This document shows positions 36,157-52,079 of a stretch of 64,000 nt of DNA, piece by piece (within the stretch, counting starts at the first letter, position 1; each line of letters starts with the position of its first letter). Origin of the DNA: Zygnema circumcarinatum SAG 698-1b (lineage: Eukaryota; Plantae; Zygnematophyceae); assembly GCA_037447605.1 (NCBI GenBank), contig CM074810.1, forward strand, positions 1,336,880 through 1,400,879. Reading direction: 5' to 3'. The position numbers and the translations under genes are program-made. A model generated the notes under the pieces. The model was not told where the DNA came from. It did not search any database and was given only the letters and a program-made list of their open reading frames with translations.

Positions 36157-39100
36157 ATGCATTCGCTAAGCAAGAAGTGGAGAATACCTGTGGCGCAAAG
36201 AGACAACAGTTCAGCTTCTGCGTTTTTACGGACCATGAACAGGCCCCTTCTGCGCTTGCGGCTTTCCTGCGACTCGCAGCAAGTATTGCCCTGGAGCCCC
36301 TTGACAACTTGCAAAGCCGGACATTCGCAAGGATTGCCTCCGGTTAAGCCCTATACAGATTGCAGGCGGTCTTTGCAGGCTTTAGTCAAGCCGCCGGTAC
36401 AGCGTGCAAGAGGCATTCCAGTGGCTGCACTCGGGGAATTAGTTGCAGCCAGTAGCACTGCCGCAGTGACAGCAAACGGGCAACATTTGGTAGCCACCGT
36501 AACTCAGGTGGCAGTGACTGCGGCGGCAGTTGTCTATGGAGCGTACTTGTCCGACGAGATTCTCAGGGGAGCAAAGATCGAGGACAAAACCGGTGCGTTA
36601 GACTTCTCTTTTGGGCGCTTTGCGACGTTTTACCTGTTGTCGCAGTACAAAAGTGTTTCGCTTAAGCAAATTTCTGATGATTGTTTGGGAGATATTTAGA
36701 AAAACATAGGTGAGAGAGGTCAAACTGCTTCACATCAGATTATTTCCTCCAATTTCGAGAAACAGGTGTGCCAGTTGTTGGTCGAACTGGTGCAATTTGT
36801 GGCTCTCCTTTTAGAGTTGCCTGTTTTATGGTTTTGTCACAGAGCCGGATAAGGTTGAAATCTCACGGGCATGGTACTGCCTAGCTTCTTTGCCAAAGCA
36901 TCCGGTCTTTCAGCTGTGCCGCGTTCTTTCAGGACTTTGACGTTAATCGTATCGGGCAAGGGAATGCAGTTGCACTTGAGTTTGATGGAGTGGACGTCAC
37001 AAAGTACAAGATATTTCAAGAATTGGAGGTAAGTCCTTTGGCTCAATGTTCAAGGCATTAGGTTAAACTGGTTTTGAGTGTAAATAAGTCTGTCATGCAG
37101 GTCTGAATTTCCAGACACTAGAAACACGGTTTAACACCTGTTGGCCTAACCTTCCGTTCGGAGGAGGTTTCATGGTCTTGCCTCGTGCCTCCTTGAATAT
37201 TTGACCTACGAACTTCACATCGAAGTACTGACAGTCAAATATCGAAGAAAAAAATCCCTCCACCATTTATTTTGTTGGAAGGAAGCCTGTCAACCTTCGT
37301 TCTAGCTTTACGGGGCTACATGTGGTGAAGGTGTTCTGTAACGTGAGAGCCATGGCAATAGCATTCGAGTCAGAGCAGTGCGACGGCATGCTGTATGCCA
37401 GAATTTTGGATAATCAGAACTACTCCCTATCACCCCGGCAGACCATAGATGGTTGTTATGTTAGCCAGAGATATTTCAATCAAAAATTGAGAAGTTCAAG
37501 TGAGAAACATTGTAATTAGACGGCTATTTCAGGAGACGAATGCTTCATGGTTGTCTGATAGTTTTGGCAGATGACTGAATTTGTCACAAATTCTTCACAG
37601 TTTCAAAGCTATATCTTTCTAGCAGACACTTCTATGGTGTAGGCGTGCTGTATAGGATGGATTACGGGGGGTTAACGAAGCTTGGGCCACTTAACTTTTT
37701 GTCGTTGCATTCCGCCTATGTCTGGGTAGAGCGCCTAGAAATGATGTCTAATGAAATTGGTTAGAACTGGAAGGGTTGATTGTCAACGTACTCCTTTCAT
37801 CTCGTTGGACAAGAACTAGAGATACCTGATTTTTCTATCGTACGTTTAGCACTCCCGACTCTCCTTTCTCTCTCCCCCTTTCTCCCTCAAAAGCCCTAAT
37901 ACCTTCAAACTTTTCACCAATCACTGCAGCTAGCCTTGATTATTCGTCGTCATATTTAGAGCCTTCGCATTTTACCCTGGCCAGTAATGCAGGTGTCTTG
38001 ATGTCGTTGTCTAGGTTGAGAACTGATAACTGTCAGATTCTTTTCAGGTTTAGTGCATTGTGACTTTTTCAAAGAAGAAAAGGAGTGGATCAATCTCTTT
38101 TTCTGCTTTCCAAACGTGTTCTGCTTCAGGTTCAGAAAGCCATCAAGTTTGCCCGTGAAGCTCACAAGGGGCAGATGAGGAAAACTGGGGAACCATATGT
38201 TACTCACTGCATCCATACAGCTCGCATTCTGGCTGCATTGGTACCTTCAGAGGGACAACAGGTATTGATGATGCCAATACCAACCTGCTGAGTTAATGAA
38301 TGATTGCATTTCTGGAGTTAACATCACTTAGAGAGAGCGAGAGTAGAAAGAGAGAAAAAGAGAGACAGAGAGAGAGTGCGCAGAGATTCCGGTAATCGAC
38401 CCTGTGGACATGGTATTAATGGCATTGTAATGCATTTTCTAACAGCTTGGTATTGGCGATGTAAACTCTAGTCATCAATGGCAGTAAATCTACTTTAAAT
38501 GATGATGTCTTGCTTCTGATCATGGAAAACCTTGGTTTGTTTTAATATACAGGCAATTGACACGATCGTGGCTGGCATCCTCCATGATGTAGTGGATGAT
38601 ACAAAGTGTACTTTGGAGGATGTAAAAGAGAATTTTGGGGCAAATGCGGCGAAGCTTGTAGAGGGCGTCTCTAGACTAAGCCATATCAACCAGGTATGGA
38701 TGCAGTCTAGAACGATTCTTTCCAGTCATATATTGATGACATATCTCCCAGTTGAAGCTAAGGAAATCACAGCATGACAAACATTTCGGTCTGCTGGATA
38801 GGTGTCACGTCCACTGGACAATGCTTTAGAGAGAAGGCGCGTTGAGATGCGTTAGATGTGTGTTGTGATCGGCCTGCACTAGAGAATGCTAGTGAGTTCA
38901 CAACACAATTCAGCATTTGAGCACAGTTTTACACTGAATATTTTAAGGAAGCATGCAGTGAGAGAGTGCCGTTTCCTGAGTTGCTTACAAGTTATGTGGC
39001 TGTGCTTGCCCCTGTGGGGGCAGCTCCTACGCAGACATCGAAGAACGAGTGCCGAGCAAAACGACACTCCCAATGGCCTTAGTCCTGCTGATGTATGGCA

Positions 39101-39750
39101 ACGGCCAGCAACAAACCCCATATGGATGTGAAGTGTGAATTTGTAAACTGGTTTTGTAATAGAAGAGAATGCTGTTGTGTTATCCTTTGTTCGATCTGTA
39201 TTGAATTAGAGCTCAACACAAAGAGGCTTGTAGGAGAGATATGACATGGGCGCCACTCTGGTTAGAATGGTCAAACCAATTATCTGCTGAAATCAACAGT
39301 ATCTCAAAGTCTGCTTGCGGTACCTATGGGCTTTTCTTAGTGGCACTTTGGTAGATTTTTTCTGAATCTATTGACACACATTCTTTGCCGAATCATAATA
39401 GCTGATGCTGGTGACAGGTAGATAGCCTACGAATGATGCTGCTGGGGATGGTGAATGATCCGCGAGTGGTCCTCATCAAGCTTGCTGATCGGCTTCACAA
39501 CATGCGGACACTGTGAGTCTTCATCCAATCCAGGTTCTACTGTTTTTTACTTTAAATTTTATATAGTGCACAGGTATCCTATTTGCTTGCAAAGAAATTC
39601 GACGTCTTTTTACATGACCATTCCACGGGTCCTTGTCCTTGTGATTGTGGTTGCTGCGTTTTTTCGCTGAGCAATCACGTCATTTGTTCACAAACGGTCA
39701 CTGTCTGCAATACCTCCTTGTGTGCCCTTCTCATCCCTTCCCTCCCCATC

Positions 39751-39790
<40 letters not shown>

Positions 39791-40063
39791 CTCTCATTCT
39801 GCTCTCTATTCTACTTCTCCCGACTGTGCAGATACGCCCTCCCTCGAGCCAAAGCCTCCGCTGTGGCCCAAGAAACGTTGGCTGTATGGTGCTCTTTGGC
39901 ATCACGACTTGGTGTTTGGGCAGTCAAAGCAGAGTTAGAGGACCTCTGCTTCGCTGTGCTACGGGTGGGCCATACAAATTCTTGTCTAGACAGAGCTTTT
40001 GTTTCTGCAGTTAGTCCCCATGTGATCTTGTACTCATTGGGTTTCCTTTCAAAAAAAACACTA

Positions 40064-40119
<56 letters not shown>

Positions 40120-43100
40120 GAGAGCGACTACTATACTATACTACTATACTATTGTCGAGAGCAATGGCTGTGAGACGGTGTAATGGAAGGTCTTTGATCA
40201 ACTCAGCTGAGATGGCATTAATTTGGAAACCTTTCATTTGGGTTGCGTTGAACTACAGCCTCACCTTTTTCGACAACTGCGCGCTGAGCTGGCAGCGATA
40301 TGGACTCCACCAGATGATTGGCGACAACAACGACGCATGAAGAGGTCGAGGAGATGGGTTTCATCGGCATATGAAAATGTGGAACAGAGTGCATTGAAGA
40401 AAAATCCGGAGGATGAAGAGGAAATTTCCATCAAGGTATTAATCCATATTGGTTTTCTCCTGTTCAGGACAGTGGTATTGCTTTCCTGTTTTTTTCTGAT
40501 AGTTTAGCATCTGACCCTTAACTCGTATCAATTCTCTGACAAAGTCTTCTGTGTCTTTCCGTCCATGATTACTCTTATCCTCGAGGATATTCTAGGTGTC
40601 GTTTATGGTAGTCATATCTTTTGATGTCCATTTGTAGAATATTTCTAAGCATACTTCCATGCGTTTTTTGTAAGGATCTACAACCATAGAATGGACGTGT
40701 TGGGGCAGGTAAAGTCACTTGCTTATCTTATGCAAATCACTCGGCGAATTTATGGGTTGCTGTAGATTTTACCAGCTTTTGTCTCACGTGACTGCTGGCA
40801 GATTTCCTAAGCACTCCCTTTGTATCTGTCTCACCGTTCATGTCTACCCACAAGGAAAATTGAATGTGTTGCGTTGCCCTGTGTAGGGATGCTTCTGCAA
40901 ATGCTTTCGTGCTGCATGTTGAGAGCATTGGAGAAATGACGCAGTCATTTTGATGGAGTTTTAAGATTCAATCATATTCACTTGTCATTTGGGGACTTGC
41001 AGGAGCTGCTTGAAGCAGTGGTGCCCTTTGACGTGCTTTTAGATCGTAGCCGAAGGAGTTGTGGTCTTGGGAGCACCCCGGCAACTAAGGAGATGAAAAA
41101 AACGAAAGTTGTTCGAGATGCTGAAGTGGCCCTCGCTGCTCTTGACAAGTGTGAAGAAGCACTCGACAAGGAGCTTCTTATCACAACCCCGTATGTGTCG
41201 CTGCTTGGACTTATCACAACAACTGCTAGCAAGCAAGTCTATGTCGGATAAATTGTTCTCATTCCCCGTGTGGAAACATCGTAATAACTATGACCTTATG
41301 GGTGTAATTTGGGTTGCACATGGTCGTGAATTACGGAAACTTATCGTATCATATTGTGGAAATTCTGGAGTAACTCAGGGTGTGCAGTGAGGTGTTGAAG
41401 CGGCCCTGTTGCATACTTCTTTTAGTGTGTCTCATGCACACATTGGACACTGGGCACAAGGAGGTTCAAATGCTCGGGCAACCTTACTTCTAGACATTTA
41501 TAGAGAATGTGTCTGATGGTGTCCACAGAGTGCTGGAGATGACTGAAGGCTCACGTAATAATTGCACATTTTTAGAATTGATTGCAACAAGAGCCGCACC
41601 TTCCCCTCAGAACTTTCACGGTTTTGTCTAGGGGTTTATCCAGTATAGCATTCCGCCCTTCTGACGATTTTGTAGCTTGTACGCTCGACTGGAAAGTAAA
41701 GGCTGAGGTTGTATGGCTGTGCATACGTGCAGATATGTTCCCGGAATGGAGGTCATGCTATCAGGCCGTTTGAAGAGCGTGTACAGCATTTACTGCAAGG
41801 TGAGCCATTGTGCCCATTGAATCGATGTCACCGTGTGAACAGAATGAGACTTATGATTAGAATCTGCATTCAGACTCCCGATTCTTTGTAGATTTCTCTG
41901 CACATTTCTCTCCATCTTCAGATTGTCTGCTTTAGGGGAGTGCTCGCTTGCCTGTTAAGATAAAGTAGGCTTAGCACACACATTGTGAAGCCGTTTCTAG
42001 TGGGATATGCCATTCATTTGAGACTCCTCGGCTTCTGCCTCATTTCTCTTCCCTATTGAAGCATGGCAAACCATACGTGTGAAACCTTTGACGCTGTAAA
42101 ATATTTTGTTTAAGCTAACCAGTGTTCTGAGAAGTGAACGTAAACCTGGTCATCCATTTCAACTGTGATACGGATATGTGGGCCCTCTGATTCTGCATTG
42201 GATGGGTGTTATATTGGATCTGATTCAAATTCACGATGCTACTATGCTACTACTGCAGCGGGTTTCCCTGCCATTGCAGAATATTTCCTTCTGACTCGCT
42301 GTTCGACCATGCCAATACATAAAGCTATAAAGCCGATTATATTTATGCTGCCAAGTTAATACACATGATATTTTGCGGCCATGTGGAATGGTTTTGCAGA
42401 TGCGCCGGAAGAATATTGGTTTGGATCAGGTCTATGATGCCCGAGCCCTGCGGGTTGTAGTGGGAGATGGTGGTGGCAAAATGAATGAATCTGCGGTGGA
42501 AGGATGCTACAGTCTACTCAATGTGGTGCACAGGTGCAAAGGAAGGGAGAGCTCTTGAATATCTGTGTAGGAACTACTTCAGATAACTGAAGCTGAAACT
42601 GAGCTTCATGCATGTGCCCTTTATGCTTACAGCTGCCATCTCTTGTGTAATTTATTGCCTTCAAGATCAGATTCAAAGATGTTTGTGTTGTATGCAGATG
42701 TTGCTCGATTAAGTGTGGTTCTAACAGACTCGTTTTGCGTGCTCGTGAGCAGTCTGTGGACACCTGTTGGGGGAGAGTTTGACGACTACATTGTGAACCC
42801 AAAACCCAGTGGCTATCAGGTCTGTAGCTTTTCCTTACTGTTTGCATCGGCCATTTGCTGACCCTGAAGGTTGGAGGGTATCCCATGCCAATGTTGTTTA
42901 TTGTTTATTTATATTGTTTATTGTTTATTTATGTTGTTTATTGTTTATTTATGTTGTTTATTGTTTATTTATGTTGTTTATTGTTTATTTATGTTGTTTA
43001 TTGTTTGTTTATAAGTAGGGCGTGTGGGGATGATGTTTTGCAGTCTCTTCACACCGCTGTAATTGGTCCTGATGGGGCAGCTCTCGAGGTTCAAATCCGC

Positions 43101-45601
43101 ACGCAGGTCAGTGCACCATGGGCCAAATGGACTGCCCAATTCCATTCTTAAGTTTCACTTCTTTCAAGTTTTCCCTTAAGAGCCGAAGTCCAAAGGACCA
43201 ACCTTCAACTCTAACTTCCGTTACAGCGGAAAAGCGGGAGCAATGGCAAATTTTATTACCAACAGCGATAGGTGATGGATTGAAAGGTCCCCTTGTGAAT
43301 TGAAAGGTCATCTCTTGCTTGGTACTGATGCAGGGCATGCACGAGTATGCAGAGTATGGGCATGCTGCTCATTGGCTCTATAAGGAAGGAGACACTGCAG
43401 ATCTCACAGTGCAGGCCTTAACATCCTCCAGTATGGATTTCACTGCTGCTGCTGCTCAGGCAGGCAAGAGAAATCTCAGAGAGGGTGACATAGCTACAAC
43501 TTCAAGCCATAATGCACAGACTGATGCATTGGATTCAGGCTTGAGAGATATCTATAAAGAGAATAGTACAAATAACATTGCAATTAAGGCCAGTGAAGGA
43601 GAGGGATTGAAAAGCCTCATCTCCAATAGTGGTGAATTAGAACATAGTCAAGCGAGTTCATTAGCTGAAGAGAGACCAAGCGAGGGTGTGGAGTTGCTAG
43701 ATGAAGAAGCAAAGATGCGAATCAGCGACATTGCCAGTGTGAGCAGTCCATTTGAAGAGGAGAATGAACATGTCGCGAAAGATTTGGATGGATTGAGCAG
43801 TAGCAGGCAGCAGGAAGGGAGCAGCATCAGAGAGGAGACAGAGGGAGAGAGCAGCAAGATGCCTCTACTTCCATCGACATGGCCCGTTGCAGTGGGCCAT
43901 CCTGCTCTGCGGATAGAGGAGGGCCGACTGCTCGCAGCTGTTGTAGTCAGGTATGTCACACTCTTCCATTCTTTCACCTGCTTGGGTTCAAACGATCAGT
44001 TCCTTTTCACGGGCTCCTTTTTTGAAGAAAATCAGAGTTTTAGCATTAGTAAGCATGTTCTCATCAGTCGCCATGGTGGAGAATCTACAAATCAAAGTAG
44101 CCACTTTATCTTCACTATATCGTTGATCACTTTAGGGGCAAGGTTTACGGTTAAGGGACAAAGACACCCATGTTTTCATTAACACCGTTTACCTTTCAAC
44201 GCTCTGATGTTCTTGACACAAAATGAGTGGTAACAAGCAGCAGGGTTGTTACACCAACGCTGGCATTATCTGAAACCAAACAACATAATCTTACAAAAGG
44301 AAACAGCCTGCATTTGTGGAGAAAAACTGACTCTATTTCCTTTCCCTTTTTCTTTTTCGTTTGATATTTTCTCCTTTTCCCCCTCTGCTCTTTTCCCTCC
44401 CCTGTTTATCGCCGCAGAGTTGATAATTCTGGTCGAGACCTAATTGTTGCTGTCAGCTTTGCCTTGCGAGCTGCTGAAGCAGTGGCTGCGGGGAGGAGTG
44501 GTAGTCAGTTGAGAAGGTGGGGGACATATGCTCAGCTTCTGCATAAGGTGCAAAGGCAGTGGTGGAATGCTCCCGGCCATGGGGATTGGAGCACCTGTTT
44601 GGAGCATTACACGCTCTGCAAGGATGGAATTTACCACAAGGTGACTCACACATACCCCACGGAACAAAAGCCAATCTTTGCAGTCTTAGGGAACTTATGG
44701 TGAAGGTCGCATGCTAAGGTGAATGAGAAATGAAGGAGTCACTTTCTTTTTTTGGTCCAATGTGTTTCTGCAGAAGGACCAATTTGATCGTGCACTCCCG
44801 ACATTCATTCAGCTGTTAGAGCTGAATCTTCAAGAGCAGGCAGAGTACGCGGAGGTGACAGCACAGGTGAAGGCGGGAGAGGAGGTGGAGTCTACCATGC
44901 TTCACTCTCCCATTGGGGAGGAGGAGGGGCCGACAGAAGAAAGGGCACTGTCAACTGCAATGCGGTTGAATAACAAAGTAGGGTCTCTCACAATCCAGGA
45001 CTCTCTTGCTTTGAGAACCGTAGCAATTCAAGCAGAGTAACTGTCAATTTCCTATCGCGTGTTACTCGTGGTTCTTACTCTCTTTGAGGGGGCGAGCAGG
45101 TCCGGCTGCTTCGCTCTATGCTTCAGTGGGAACAGGAGTTGAGACACGAAGCTGCAACCGACGGCTCTGTGACCGCATTGGAGCCCTCAGCGCAGGAGGG
45201 GGACAGAGAGGGAGAGGAGGCAGTGGCCCTTTCAGAGGTCCTTATTATCCGTTGGCCAGGTACAACCTGTTTCATCCCTAATCCCTTCTTCACCCCTCTC
45301 TTTCTCTCTTCTCTATTTCATTTCATTTTCATTTTTTGCTTTTTGGGTAGACTGGAGGGGAGCCATGTTATTGACCTTGACTTTGACCTTGACTTTGGCC
45401 TTGATCTTGACTGGAAATGACCCAACTTGACGGTCTCATTGGGCCGCAGGAGGCGACATTCTCCGGATGCCCCGAGGTAGTGAGGCCTGTGATGCGGCGC
45501 GGCAGGCCGGAGCGGAGGGCCGGCTGGTCACGATCAATGGGCGAGTCGCATCGCCCCATACAAAGCTGCATGATGGGGACTTCGTGGAAATCCGGCAATG
45601 A
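36157..45601 (+). CDS. RSH: Plastid RelA/SpoT homolog, (p)ppGpp synthetase/hydrolase with C-terminal TGS domain
   Basis: 18 exons: 36157-36592, 36970-37028, 38130-38261, 38553-38693, 39024-39092, 39418-39512, 39832-39964, 40259-40435, 41003-41190, 41733-41799, 42400-42533, 42753-42819, 43044-43106, 43334-43950, 44418-44640, 44774-44977, 45100-45259, 45450-45601. HD domain ([26 protein letters not shown]), synthetase ([33 protein letters not shown]), TGS ([20 protein letters not shown]). The start codon is the least certain part. Confidence 0.93.
39754..39796. repeat. (CT)n microsatellite in RSH intron 6
   Basis: Direct inspection. Confidence 0.9.
40065..40119. repeat. (ACT)n microsatellite in RSH intron 7
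   Basis: Direct inspection. Confidence 0.95.
42901..43000. repeat. 20-bp minisatellite TTGTTTATTTATGTTGTTTA x5 in RSH intron 12
   Basis: Four identical units plus one with a single mismatch. Confidence 0.95.
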
Positions 45602-45949
45602 AGATGATGTACATGCATGCATGCATACATACACTGTGGTGTCGAGGTGGTTAGTACATATTTGGGTGAGCATGAGCAGCAAGCAGAACGAAATAATTGA
45701 GGCTTGGGACTGCTGCTCCGGCAGAGGCGAGGAGAGGGCCTGCCTGGAGTTCAGCATTTCCTTTGAGCTGAGAGGGTGGGAGTGTACAGTTCTCATACAG
45801 TGGGTGGAGGCGGGAGGGCCTCCAGGGAGGGTAGGCACGTGGCAATCTGTACTTATCATGTCTTGTAAATGAGCGTGGCCTACACCCAGTTGCAGCGTAT
45901 GGTGTTCCCTGTACTCGTGGCCTCGCTCCCCCTCCCTTCCCTTCTTGGT

Positions 45950-48385
<2,436 letters not shown>

Positions 48386-48807
48386 ACTTCCCCTCTCTCC
48401 CCTCTCCCTGTATCCCTCCCTGCGCTCCCCCTCACCCCCTCTCATAGCGGGCAGTAGTGCCCTATTCCCGTTCATCGAACGCTCTCGTCCTCACGATTCA
48501 ACACGCGTTTGTTTACCGTTGCGCCTGCTGCCGCTGCCTCTGCCGCGGCCACGTGGCAGCCTCTTGTCGTTGTCTTTGCGTTTTCCTGTCGCGTGTCTTG
48601 CTGCATTGCTCTGTTTTTGTTGTTTGTGCTTCTTTTCGTTTTTTGTTTTTTGTTTTTGGTTGTTTTGCTGCTGTTTTGCTGCGGTTTTTTCTGTTCTAAC
48701 GTTTCTCGCCTTGTTTTCTGACATTTTCTGCCGTAGCTTGTCTTGCTGTGTTGCGTTTTTCCTTTTGTCTCCCCCTTTGCGTCTATTCGTCCTTGTGCTT
48801 CTTCTTT

Positions 48808-48817
48808 NNNNNNNNNN
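48808..48817. other. Assembly gap (10 N)
   Basis: Run of N. Confidence 1.
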
Positions 48818-50241
48818 GTGCTGCAGTTGTTGGTGACCGTGTTGGTGGACTTCCGCCGCTCCCTCCTCGCGACGTGCCTCACATCGGTGACCTTTGCGGC
48901 TGCTTCTAGGGCTGCGTTGTTGTGCCTAGGCGTAGTTTTCCGCTCCTAGCTTCGTTTTATTGTGTTTCGGTCCTTTGTGACCAGTCCTTCGTGGTTCCAC
49001 ATTTTGCCTTTATCCATGTAAATTTGATGGCGAGGCCATCGCGAGTTCAATGAAAGTTTGCGTTTTCTCTCGTCCTCCATATCTAGAACAAGACGGTGCA
49101 CATTGCTCCTAGTTCGGGACAACTGTCTCAATCGTTCCTATCGGACGGTCACGCACTGCTCGCAATCGAACGGACCAAAATCACGGTCCGATTGCATCCA
49201 AAGGCTGAAATCTGTCCGATCGGAAGCTTTCAGCGAGTTTTGGGTTTCCTCGGTTGTACGGATCACATTCGCTGACCGTACGATCAGCGTACGGCTCTGA
49301 AGCGTGCGATCCATGCTACGACGTCTGTCCTACTTGCCAGTTGCGTAGTCAAAGTTTAACTGCGAACAGAACTGTGCCAGTTTTTCATGGAAACGGAGGT
49401 TCTGGAGCCCCAAAGGGGCGAGGACCCCCTCCTGGAAATCCCTCCGCCAACGCAAGCTTTGCCGGATCGCCACGTGTATGCTTTTATATACGTGGCAAAT
49501 TTCTATTGGCCAATGCGCGCCTGAGGAGGACGAGCGGCTGCTCTGCGGTGCTGGAGAAGAGGAGGACAGTTCGCTATCATTGAGAAAAAGAAGGAGACGA
49601 AAACTTCTGCGTTTTGGAGCGGAGGCGACGCAATAGCAGCAGCAGCAGCAGCAGCAGCAGGCAGGTCGGGTTGTTATCTGGGGGGGAGCTTGCTCCGGTG
49701 CGAGAGGCCTGCCTGGGACCGTGCGGCTTATAAGACTTTTTATGTTTAAGTTGCTTGATGGCTCCTCTGTATTGCTCGTCTCTTCTCTGGCGTCTGCGTG
49801 TCCATGCATTTCTTCCTCGCTTCCTTTTAATTTACTCCGCTTCCTTCTTCTTTTGGTTCCTTTTGCAAGCTGCTTCCTTGGTGTTCAAGGAAAGAGTGTC
49901 ACAGTCACCTCTCTCTCTCTCCCTCTCTCCCTCTTTTCTTGCCAGCTGTCAAGCTGAGCTACAACTTCGAATGACATTTTTTGTGGCCACACGTTTGTTT
50001 GTGTTGCTTGCCGCCCACTTTATATTGTCCGCATTCTTTGAGCATTTGTGTCTCGCATTCTAGTGAAGAAACTTCTTTCTGGAATATGCGTTGGTGTGAA
50101 CAACGACATACTCATTCATCCATCCAATCGATAACTTCGGTGTTAGTTTATCGTCATTAGAGCCGCTTCAAATGTTCACTTTTGAATGTGCATGTAAGGT
50201 CTCCTTTTTGACATGTTCTTCTGTGTCTCCTGCAGGCAGTT

Positions 50242-50716
50242 ATGGCTGACGTGGCAGGAACTTGCTGGGACAGCGTTGCAGTCTTTGCTGCTATCGCTCT
50301 GCCTCCCCTCGGAGTTTTTATGAAGAAGTCGTGCTCCCTAGAATTATTGGTGGGAAAACAGTCTACAGGATACAGTCTAGGTTATTGTTGGAGCGGTCTG
50401 TTTTTTTACGATGATGTTTTGTCCTGGTTTTTCATTCGCCCCTTTCCCCACTGTCCTTTCCTGTCCTCATTTGGAAATTGTAGAATTCACCTTTAAAAAC
50501 GTGAAATGAACTGTTTTTGTGTATAGGACTAGTGGACAGCTTCATTACTCTCCTTGAACCGCCACTCATGTGAGTTGTCTTTCGTAGTTTTAATGCCCAG
50601 GCAACTTGTAGTCATGCTACTTTTCGTCGTTTTCTGTGCAGATTTCCGTTGGGCTGACCATCTTGGGCGTTGTTCCAGGAATGGTTTACTCCGTGTACAT
50701 TGTTGTCGATGCGTAA
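50242..50716 (+). CDS. PMP3/RCI2 (UPF0057) family small hydrophobic membrane protein, 60 aa
   Basis: Exons 50242-50349 and 50642-50716: ...AIALPPLGVFMKKSCSLELL|ISVGLTILGVVPGMVYSVYIVVDA*. Family motifs LPPLGV and LTILG..PG..Y..Y. Confidence 0.88.
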
Positions 50717-52079
50717 GTGCCAAACCTTGCTTCGTGAGCTTGTGCTAATTGAACCAGAGGCTCTGAAGCTTGTAACTTCCTGAATTGAAAGATTCTCGAG
50801 TGCTGAACTAACGTAGGCTTTGTCAAAGCAGGCTTCTACAGTTGAGGATAGTGCCGTAGACTATCGCAGTATTGTTGTATGGTTTCTATGTCTCAAGTCC
50901 ATGTCCTGCTCTCAGTTCCATGGCTGTCCGAGCTCCATTGCCTGCTCCATGTGGTCGTCACAGAACTGACATGGATCCTTGTCCTTCTTGGCCCACTGCA
51001 GCATCCGAACCGAGCCTTCTGTAGTGTACTATCAGGCGCCATAGAGGGGCCCGAATCAAAAGGGAGGCCCTTTTGCCTCCCTTGGCCTCCCTCCCCTTCC
51101 TGTTCAGATGTTTGAGAAGGTGTGTTATGATGCGGCTGCCAGACCCGAGTATGGCATAGTACAGACATTGTAAAATGATTTTTATAATCTAAGAGGACTA
51201 ATATATTGTAAGAGGTTTTTTTTTTTACTTCTGCACCAGGGAACGGTTCGTTGATTTGTCCAATAGTTTTTCCCTGTTGCATCTGGTCGATGTCTCGTTG
51301 TGATACTTTGAGTTTCTTTTGATGGTTCCCTAGAAGCCCTAAAACCAAAAAATTCTAAGCTTAACAAAAACCCCAAAGGACCTTACAAACAAGAACTGCG
51401 CACTTTTCATGAATGGCTAATTTCAAACTTGTGAAATTCTTTGCAGAACCAAATTCTTGCACGAGCCCTTAGAAAATTTTAGGTTTCTAGGTCATGTAGA
51501 CCCTCAACCGTTACACTTAACTGAGCTCTCTCATTCCTACACGCATTACAAGGTTTCAGTCGTTCAGAACCGCCCACACGGACTCAGCGAATTCCCAACT
51601 GACAAGCGCGAGACATTCCGACAGTTGCAGTGAAGGTTCAGCGGAGCGTGCACCCCATTCCACCCGGGAACAACAGAATTGCATTGAAACCTTCTTGAGT
51701 GCCATTTGCCAATATATGTATATCGAATATTGCTCAATTGAAACCATCGAGTATTGAAAAAATTCTCTTTTTTTTTTTTTAGAGATCTGTTCACGAAACA
51801 AAAATGACTATCTAAGTCCTTTTTATGCGCACAATGGAACCGTTTCCGTCCAATGGCAGCCGCCATTATCTACATCAGCCAGACAGCAAACCCTAAAATC
51901 GCACAGGAAAGAAGCCCGGCACTAGAGAGGGTGGGGAAGGGGATAGGCAGGACTCTCCCTCTCCGTCTCCTTCTCCTCTCGCGCTGCCTCTCCCTCTCCC
52001 TCGCCCTCCCACTCTCTCCCTCTCCCTACTATAACACACGACCCGCTGAATGCCGCGACTTCGTCGTCTTATGCTCTCC

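Noticed and set aside
50893-51866. Possible spliced minus-strand gene between PMP3 and SPF27 (telo-box at 51888, plausible donor and acceptor near 51230 and 51100)
   Set aside because: No consistent reading frame or recognisable protein could be assembled.
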